From assembly GCF_028641065.1 (NCBI RefSeq), contig NC_073385.1, positions 42,346,001 to 42,410,000 on the forward strand: 64,000 nucleotides of DNA, given 5' to 3'. The notes under the pieces were generated by a model. It worked only from the letters and a program-made list of their open reading frames with translations. It ran no database searches and was not told the DNA's origin. The translations under genes were made by a program, and so were the position numbers. The stretch is from Leucoraja erinacea (Eukaryota). Below, piece after piece: positions 54,836 to 64,000 of the stretch (position 1 is the first letter of the stretch; each line of letters begins with the position of its first letter).

Positions 54836-55757
54836 CATGACTACTTTCATTTACATGACACTGCTGTGTCCCAAACATTATGGTGCCCTGAAATGGGGGG
54901 GACTATGTATAAACACTGCTGTAATTTCTAAATGGTGAAACCAAAATCTATAAAAATGCCTTTTAACAAAATCTGACAATGTTCACTTTAACCACGTGAT
55001 TTATTTTCTGTTACAAATCTCAAATTGTGGAGTACAGAGGCAAATAAAGAAATGATGGGTCTTTGTCCCAAACATTATGGAGGGCACTGTATAGCTATTT
55101 CAGGAAAAAAATCAGATGAACAACCTTCTTCTTTAGCTAAATGCATTGGAGGCCAAGTGATATATTTTATCATGTTCACAGCTGAAGATTATACACCTTC
55201 AGCATATGCTGTGATTTGTGATATTTCTACATCTATTAAAGCAAACCAGTTTTGTGTAGTGGGAATAGGCATAGTTCTAAATATCAAATACATTAATCCT
55301 GTTTCAAGGCAACGATTAGGAAACATTTTGACAGGTACATGGACAGGACAGGGATGTTAGAGGGACGCAGGCAGGTGGGACTAACGTGGATGGGACGTTG
55401 TCTGATATGGGCAAGTTGGGCCGAAGGGCTTGTTTCCACGCTGTATGACCATGACTAAGGCGAATCGAAGAAACTTACTTAGACTATAAAAAGATTTGAT
55501 GCATCAATATTAGTCATGTTCATAATTAAAAGTATATTGATATCTTATGATGTTTAGAAACTATTAAATAATTACATTAATGGTGTTCAGAGAGAGTGGA
55601 GAAATTAGCGTATGAAATTTGAGGACAAATCGGTCAACATTTACGATACGACACAATGGAACTTTATTAATCCCAGGAGGGAAATTGATCTGCCAACAGT
55701 CATAAAACACAAAATGCATGAAACATGATATTAAAGTGATGAGTGGCGGCGGTGTAA

Positions 55758-55885
55758 NNNNNNNNNNNNNNNNNNNNNNNNNNNNNNNNNNNNNNNNNNN
55801 NNNNNNNNNNNNNNNNNNNNNNNNNNNNNNNNNNNNNNNNNNNNNNNNNNNNNNNNNNNNNNNNNNNNNNNNNNNNNNNNNNNNN
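55758..55885. other. Assembly gap (128 N)
   Basis: Run of N. Confidence 1.
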
Positions 55886-58434
55886 CCACGACAGAAGGCG
55901 AGGAGTCTTGTAAATAAAGATACATTTGCCAAGTCACCTTTTTTGGAGTCTATGCTGAAAGCATGTTTTAATTGATTATACAGTAGTAGCAGTCAAATAC
56001 AGGACAAGGGCGGTCCCGTATAGGACAAACCAATTTAGCCCAATATATGGGATGTGTCGTCTATACGGGACTTAGAATGCCAGTGATCAGGGATTGATCC
56101 TGACTATGGGTACTGTCTGTACAGAGTTTGAACGTTCACCCTGTGATCACGTGTGTATTTTCTCAAGGTTTTCTGGTTTCCTCCCACACCCCAAAGGTTT
56201 GTAGGTTAATTGGCTTTGGTAAAATTGTAAATTGTCCCTAGTGTGTAGGATAATTCTAATGTATGGGATGATTGCTGGTCAGCATGGACTCTGTTTTGTA
56301 TCTCTATACCAAACTAAACTAAGCTGCCTTTGATAACAAGCACAAGATTCACGGAGGCAAACTGTGGGCACTGTGGTACAGTTCAGTGAAACTCCCAAAG
56401 TAATTAGCAGGCCATGTCCAGGTTCAGCTTATAAATACATCCTTCCAACCTTCTACGCTAGGAAAGAACAGATTGCATAGGAAGGAGCAGTTTTACACTT
56501 GTGTCTGACGAGAGTAGCGTCAAGCTGTGCCCTATTTATCAGTCTGGAAAACAGAAGTGCTCTGCACAGTAAAAATGGATAAAGAACATCTTCTAAAGCC
56601 GTGATTTTGACTGATGTAGCCACTTTGAACTATTGTTGTTTGCTGGTGGTATTTATGTGTTAGTTGCTAATTGTATGGGGGATCTTTAGGAACAAGGCTT
56701 ACCTTGAGACTATTTCTTACATTAAAAATCACATATATTTTTACAGTTCTAAACCAATGTGGAAAATCTTTTAGACTTTAGTCTTTAGAGGAGAACATAC
56801 AAACACGGGGAGAACATGCAAACTCCGTACAGACAGCATGCAAGGTCAGGATCAAACTCAGGTATGTGGAGCTGTTAGGCAGCAAGTCTACTGCTGCACC
56901 ACCATGCCGCCCCAGTTGGATTCACTTGCACACAGTAAACATGAAGCACCGATACATGAAGAAACAAGGAACTGCAGACGCAGGTTTACAAAGGAAGATA
57001 CGAAGTGCTGGAGTAACGCAGCATGTCAGGCAGCATCTCTGGGGAACATGGATTAGTTTAGTTTAGAGATTCAGCGCAGAAACAGGTACTTTGGGTCACC
57101 GAGTCTGCACCGACCAACGATCCCCGCACATTAACATTATCCTACACACCACTAGGGACAATTTACACATACACCAATCCAATTAACCTACATACCTGCA
57201 CGTCTTTGGACAGTGGGAGGAAACCGAAAATCTTGGAGAAAACCCACACGGTCACGTGGAGAACGTACAAACTCCGTACAGACAGCACCCGTTGTCGGGA
57301 TCGAACCCGGGTCTCCGGCGCTGCAAGGCAGCAACTCTACCGCTGCGCCACGGTTCACAGCGTTTTAGGTTGGGCCCCATCTTCAGATTGATTATGGTGG
57401 GTAGGAAGCAGAAAGCAAGAGAAGCAGGATATAGTGTTGCAGGTAATAGTTGGGCACAGGGTCGAGACTGTTACATAGTGTAGTGAAAGAACAAAAACTT
57501 CTACAAGCAGAAAAATACAGTACAATTAGACCGTGGTGCTTTTGCGTATACCCAAAACACACAAATAAAATAGCAGGCCGTAGCGGACCTGTTCCTATAT
57601 CCTCCGCTAAAGCCTGTTCGCAGTGACCCAAATCACGTATCTACCTATATTTATAACATATTGTGTAAAAATATTATAGGAATCATACCTGAAACTTGTC
57701 AAGAACAAAACCTGCACATATTTTTAAAATATGAGAAAAACCTCCAATTTTCCGTGTGGTAATTGTCCAATCAAAGCACGTTTAACATTGTCAGATGCCA
57801 ACTGACCAATCACGCGCTTTGTTTCATGCGAGCTAGGCAGCGAGCACAATGGAATCATGGCTGCCTCCTAATAACATCACAACAATAGTAAGGTTTCGAA
57901 GGAAGAAAGGTAATGCTTGCTGATAATTTTGTTTTACAACTCATTTACCTTTGAACAAGTTAGGGCTTTATTCTTTGGAGCACAGAAGGTTAAGGGGGGA
58001 CTTGATAGAGGTCTTTAAAATCAGGAGAGGGATAGACAGAGTTGACGTGGATAAGCTTTTCCCACTGAGAGTAGGGAAGGTTCAAACAAGGGGACATGAC
58101 TTGAGAATTAAGAGACAGAAGTTTAGGGGTAACATGAGGGGGAACTTCTTTACTCAGAGAGTGGTGCCTGTGTGGAATGAGCTCCGAGTGAAGGTGGTGG
58201 AGGCAGGTTCGTTTTTATAATTTAAAAATAAATTGGATAGTTATATGGACGGGAAAGGAATGGAGGGTTATGGTCTGAGCGCAGGTGTATGGGACTAGGG
58301 GAGAACACGTGTTCGGCATGGACTAGAAGGGTTGAGATGGTCTGTTTCCGTGCTGTAATTGTTATATGATTATATGGTTAAAGTTATGATGTTGTGAACT
58401 GTGAAATAAAAATGCTAAATAAAAATGTAGAGCT

Positions 58435-58992
58435 GGGGTTAGGATTTGGGTTAGTGTCAGGGTCAGGGTTAGGCATTTTCCTCTCAGTGGAAGGGGGTTA
58501 GGGTTAGGGCAGGGGTCGGCAACCCACGGCCCAGATCCTGCCCGTAACGTGAAAACATCCAGCCCGCAGGCCTTTTTTTTTTTCTGAGGACTTCCGTGAC
58601 GGACCCGGTGCTTTGGGAGTTCTGAAGGCGGACCTGGGCCAAGCTGAGCAGCAGGGGGGAAGAGAGGGGGTCAGTCAGTCGGCCGGGCTGTCAGCCGGCC
58701 GTTGTTGCAGCGAGCAAGGGGATGGACTGATGGAGCCAGTGCTATGGGGGTGCTGAAGGCAGCCCGGGCGGCGTGTAGGGCAGTGCTGCTCCCCACCATG
58801 TTGACATTCGGTGTAATCGTGGCATCGGGTGGGCTGCTGCTGATGATCCAGAAGGGCATGCAGGCAGAGGTGGACTCGCTGAGCGGCCACACGTACAGAG
58901 CCCGCAGCCGGACCCAAGACAGCATCAGCTCTAGCCGTGGGCAGCTCTGGAAGGGGACAAGATAGGGTTAGTAATTTTCCTCTCAGTGGAAG
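58435..58992. repeat. Degenerate TTAGGG repeats plus a hAT-like end, flanked by a 19-bp direct repeat
   Basis: gggttag units at 58435-58509 and 58965; CAGGGGTCGGCAACC at 58510; ATTTTCCTCTCAGTGGAAG at 58475 and 58974. Confidence 0.5.
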
Positions 58993-59204
58993 ATGCCTTA
59001 GCCTCCCCCCAACCTAGCACTGCCCTAGTCCCACTATGGCAGTGACCCCCACTCTGCACACTGGCAGTCAGTGGCGTTCAGTAAACTGAAGAACGCACAG
59101 GATCTGTCCTCACCCATTAATTAGGCGTGTTCAGGAGCTGGTGAAGCCCGGGACCTCTGCGGCAGTCCCGTATTCAATGTTCCCATATACAGCTATATAT
59201 TATT

Positions 59205-59222
59205 GAGCACAAGAGGGCGCTG
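59205..59222 (+). promoter_or_regulatory. CTCF-like motif
   Basis: GAGCACAAGAGGGCGCTG resembles the consensus CCASYAGRKGGCRS. Confidence 0.45.
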
Positions 59223-59680
59223 TTACTTTTTCTAATTAGCTTAATTAATTAGTGTGCAGCTTTTTGCATTGACGAGTTATGAATTCCTTCTCAATGATGT
59301 TTTATCTAAATCTGTGCCAAATTTCAAGTAGATACCAGACATGGGTCACAAAAGTTAAAATCTAGAGCCCTTTTGGTACCTGGGCCCACGGTCTAAATGT
59401 AAGATTATTTATTAACTGCAGTCTTATTCAACCTGCCTCAAGAGTTCCATCTCAACGCAACAAACCTTGTGGAAAATAAACAAAAAATGAATAGAGGTGC
59501 AAGGAACTGCAGATGCTGGTTTACAAGAAAAGACACAAAGTGCTGGAATAACTCAGTGGGTCGGGCAGCATCTCTGGAGAACATGGATAAATTATAGAAA
59601 AATTAGGTTGCTTGGCCATTGGTACACAAAGTGCTAAAGTAACTCAACGGGTCAGGCAGTATATCTGGAGGAAATGATTA

Positions 59681-59714
59681 GGTGACGTTTCGAGTCGTGA
59701 CCCTTCTTCAGACC
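59681..59714 (-). ncRNA. Minimal hammerhead ribozyme motif in a Penelope-derived repeat
   Basis: GGU CUGAAGA A GGGUCACGACUC GAAAC GUC ACC: intact core, helix II, GUC triplet, GGU/ACC helix I. Confidence 0.65.
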
Positions 59715-59894
59715 ATTGATAGATGGACTATCTGAGCAGCAGGTCTATCTAATGCTGCATGTTCTTTCAATGTGATTGAGGGACAAGGCAATATCAAATG
59801 GATATTTGTGAAATAGCATTAATAGCATCACACCAAAAGGGACAAAGTGAGCTTATAGTGCAATGCAAACTCTTTGACAAAGACAGTGATGTTT

Positions 59895-60955
59895 TTTAGT
59901 TTTTAGAGATACAGAGTGGAAACAGGTTATTTGGCCCACAGAGCCTGTGCCGACCAGCGCTCACCCGAGCACTAGTTCTATCCTACACACTAGGGACAAT
60001 TTACAGAAGCTATTAACCTACAAACTCGTACGTCCTTGATATGTGGGAAGAAACCGGAGCACCCGAATAAAACCCACTCGATCACAGGGAGAACATGCAA
60101 ACTCCTTACAGACAGCACCTGATAATTGCTCGTTTCTAAGCTTTCCCCCAGCCTAGTTTCAGTAAAAACACTGAATCAAGCACTTGAATCAACTACATTT
60201 TATTTTACCAAAAGCGCGTCACTGTACCTATCCCACCGCGGGTTTGATCCCTGCATCTATCTGTTCAAGCCCTCTAGACCTCGCACAGACAGAGGCACTG
60301 CAGAAGGGTACGTGGTCCTGAGCGCTCTTTCAGAAGATCGACCCTGAGCCTCGTGACCAAGGCCTTTTATATGCCCCGTGAACTCTAGGGCTCAACCACA
60401 TGGGGGTTGTCTCTTAATCACCCAATTACAAATATCGATTAACCCTATACACAACAGGCATTTCCCTAACCCAATGATGCAACAGTTCAATACATTGTAT
60501 TCACAACGGACTTCGAGATGAAGTCAACATGGAAACATTTACCCTGATTAACAGAAATCTCAGACAAGGCTCAACATCCCATCCAATCAACACTTAGCAG
60601 AGTCAGATTCTGCAACATGATTTACAAACTATTTACAAGGTGTATGTCTGGTTTGCAGCCATCCAATCCATTCCATGCATTTGGTACCAGATTGACAGGG
60701 CTTGCAAGGCTTCCCGTTCTTTGCTTGCAAATTCTATCCAAGTTCCAGACTCCCTGGCACATCTTGCAGCCTGTCCCGTCTCTGCAGAGAGTAATTCCAA
60801 TTTGACCAAATCTCTCAGCAAACCCTGAAACTTAACCCCATTTTGAAGTCCTGACTGGTCCAATTTCGCCAGGATTAACACACCCACAATCAGGATTGAA
60901 CCTGGGTCTCTGGTGCTGTGAGGCAGCAACTCTACCGCTGTGACACTGTGCCGCC
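59895..60955 (-). mobile_element. V-type SINE split by the solo LTR
   Basis: Removing the LTR and one CACC restores gacagcacccacaatcaggattgaacctggg. Confidence 0.85.
60120..60880 (-). mobile_element. Solo LTR (761 bp) related to the proviral LTR, inserted in a SINE
   Basis: TG...CA ends; CACC target-site duplication (60116-60119 and 60881-60884); minus-strand TATAAAA at 60371-60365 and AATAAA at 60204-60199; shared blocks with 19582-20359. Confidence 0.9.
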
Positions 60956-60972
60956 ACTATATAGTCCTATAG

Positions 60973-61392
<420 letters not shown>

Positions 61393-61407
61393 TAGAATTG
61401 CTGTCTT

Positions 61408-61731
61408 TTTTTTTTACTTAAATATTTATTGATTTTTAAGAGATATATACAAAACAGTGCAACACCATCACCATAAATAAAACAAAGTAAGAAAAACAGC
61501 AATCAAAATAAAAAAATAAGTAGATAGGGGGAAAAAAAAAGAAGTAAATTAAAAAAAAATTTGGAATAAGACCATGTGGTTCACTTACCAAATTAAAAAA
61601 AGAAAAAACATTACATTGATTAGTTATCTGGAGATAATTCAATATTCATACAAACATACCATCTAGTTCTATATAACGCAATCTTCCCATATCTAGCTCG
61701 GCATTTATCTAATTGGTGTCATGGCTCAGAT
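61408..61731 (-). mobile_element. Poly(A)-tailed L1-type insertion inside a SINE
   Basis: 12-bp TSD AATTGCTGTCTT (61396-61407 and 61732-61743); T-run at the left end. Confidence 0.75.
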
Positions 61732-64000
61732 AATTGCTGTCTTATAGCGCCAGAGATCTGGGTTTGTTTCTGTATGAAGACTATGGGTGCTGTCTGTATG
61801 GAGTTTGTACGTTCTCCCTGTGACCGCATGGGTTTTCTCTGGGTGCTCCAGTTTCCTGCCACATTCCAAAGATGTGCAAGTTTGTAGGTGAATTGCCTTC
61901 TGTCAATTGTCCCTAGTGTGTAGGATAGAACTAGTGTATGGTGTGATCGCTGTCAGAGCGGACGCGGTGGGTCGAAGGGCCTGTTTCCGCTCTGTATCTC
62001 TAAACTAAAGAATCCAACAAGATAAGAATAGGCACATACTTCAACGTACAGGCACCTTGCGTGTTTACACGTTTGATTCATGTTTTTTTTAAACAAATTG
62101 CTTCTTCCATTCAAAGGTTTCAAAGGCCTTTTATTGTCACATGTACCTTTGACTGGTGTTGTCCCTTCAACTCTCGCTTCTATCTACCGTCATTTCTCCT
62201 CACTTTTGTTATTCTGAAGTAGGCTAAATGTCTCTCACGCTTATCCCGATTTCCATAATTATTTACAGCACAAAAATTTACCATTTCGGCGGGCCCGCTA
62301 TGCTGGAAACAGTGGTCAGTGCTTACCTGCAGCTCATCGCGTGTACTCCAGTTGGTGTAACATAGCAACAGTACGGGTCATGGGTCGTGACCCGACTGCA
62401 GTGCAACCTCCCTATTTTAGATTGAAGCAATCTGAAACAAATATGAAACAATCTTACTTGGATGACATGAAATTAAAGCATATAATTAGTTAGTTACCTA
62501 ATTGGAGCTATTACAAAATTCAATTACTAGATCTAAACATCTATCCATTTCTTAAGAAAAGGTTAACATTTTTAAATAGCCTGTGTCCAAATAACATTCA
62601 CACAAGAATACAAAGTCGCTCACACGGCCAGTGGCAGAACTGCAGTGCCGCTGAAGGTAAGAATTGTAATATCTTACTCATTCTCCAACTTTGGACAATT
62701 GAGTTGCAGAGTATGAATCCTTCTTTGGTATAATTGCCATCTGTTGATGTAAGATATGCTTGGACTAGTAGAGAGGTCCTGCACAGAGATGAAGATTTAA
62801 TGCTAAGAGATGTGTTCCCATAGAGCAATTGTGGAGTTAATAACAATTTACAGTTAATTTATATTTTGCTACTTGTGGAGCTAATAACAAAAATTTGTGG
62901 TCATTGCTTTTTCTTTACAAGTATAGCAGGGAAACAGGCCTTTCAGCCCACCGAGTCTATGCGGACCATCGACTGGCTTCTGTAAATTGTCTCTTGTGTG
63001 TAGAATTGAACTGGTATATGGGTGATCGCTGATCAGCGTGGACTCAGTGAGCCAAAGGGTCTGTTTCCATTATGTTTCTCTAAAACTAAAAAAACTAAAC
63101 CAAAAACTCCTTTACACATTGGAAATAAAGAATCTATTTTATGCATTTGTAGTTCTGGATGTTGGCGCTTATGAGCTGTCCTATCTTGGTAAAATACGTT
63201 TTTTTATTAAAGCATGTATTTTAAGATGTCTGTGTTTAATTGCAAAAGCAATTGTGAAGTATATCCATGACTGTCTAGTTTCAACGTGTGTTGCAACATT
63301 CTTTAGTTGTACTGGTAATTAAATGCAAAACATGCATTATAAATGCTGAAGGATGTGCTGGCTCTTGATAGGTTCCAGAGGAGGTTTACAAGAATGATGC
63401 CAGGAATGAGTAGGTTAACCTATGATGAGCGTTTGTCGGCACTGGGCCTGTACTCGCTGGAGTTTCGAAGAATGAGGGGAACCTCATTGAAACATACAGA
63501 ATAGTGCAAGGCTTGAATAGAGTGGATGTGGAGAGGATGTTTCTACTAGTGGGAGAGCCAAGGACTAGAGGTCATAGCCTCAGAATTAAAGGACGTTATT
63601 TTAAGAAGGAGATGAGGAGACATTTGTTTTGTCAGAGGGTGGTGAATCTGTGGAATTCTTTGCCACAGAAGGCTATGGAGGTCGTCAGTAGATATTTTTA
63701 AGGCTGAGACAAATATATTCTTGATTAGTTCAGGTATCGGAGGTTATGGGGAGAAGGCAGGAGAATGGGGTCAGGAGGGAGCCATGATTGAATGGCGAAG
63801 TAGACTTGATGGACCGAATGGCCTAGTTCTACTATTTCTTATGGCCTTATGAGAATATTTAACTGTTCAGGGCGACACAGGGGCACAACTGGTAGAATCA
63901 TTGCCTCACAGCTCGAGAGACCTGGGTTCGATCCTGACCTCAGGTGCTGTCTGTATGGAGTTTGCACCTTCACCCTGTGACCGCATGGGTTTCCTCCGGG

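Larger units (their letters stand above)
53099..55089 (+). mobile_element. Tc1 (DD34E, IR/DR type) DNA transposon, degenerate
   Basis: TA at 53097-98 and 55090-91; long TIRs CAGTG(G/C)CCTCCATAATGTTTGGGACAAAGACCC with an inner repeat of CCATAATGTTTGGGACA; the left TIR has an internal deletion. Confidence 0.95.

Noticed and set aside
55564-55975. ORFs spanning the N run
   Set aside because: Artefacts of the assembly gap.
58702-58965. 87-aa ORF with a hydrophobic stretch
   Set aside because: It lies within a GC-rich repeat-like composite; no splice signals or homology.

Overview
Eukaryotic, repeat-rich vertebrate DNA. The SINE/LINE repertoire points to a cartilaginous fish, probably a skate or ray (inference). 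The window lies inside a + strand protein kinase D1 gene (PRKD1). Six coding exons are recognisable (20469-20600, 26463-26623, 44150-44360, 47660-47740, 49714-49906, 61059-61182; 902 nt, phases consistent), encoding C1a, C1b, the acidic region and the start of the PH domain. The 5' and kinase exons lie outside the window. The introns hold a degenerate antisense epsilon/gamma-like endogenous retrovirus (5' LTR, tRNA-Pro PBS, long leader, gag-pro-pol; env and 3' LTR deleted) and a related solo LTR with a 4-bp TSD. They also contain an IR/DR Tc1 transposon with a nested RTE fragment, a near full-length CR1 LINE, Rex1/Babar, Tx1 and Penelope fragments, and many V-type tRNA SINEs. Most notable are Penelope-derived repeats carrying minimal hammerhead-ribozyme cores, a GC-rich non-autonomous retroposon family with a covarying hairpin, and a divergent CTCF-motif pair, one motif of which abuts a CNE-like block. 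Most ORFs in the supplied track are spurious or TE remnants. All family assignments were made by eye; no database searches were run.
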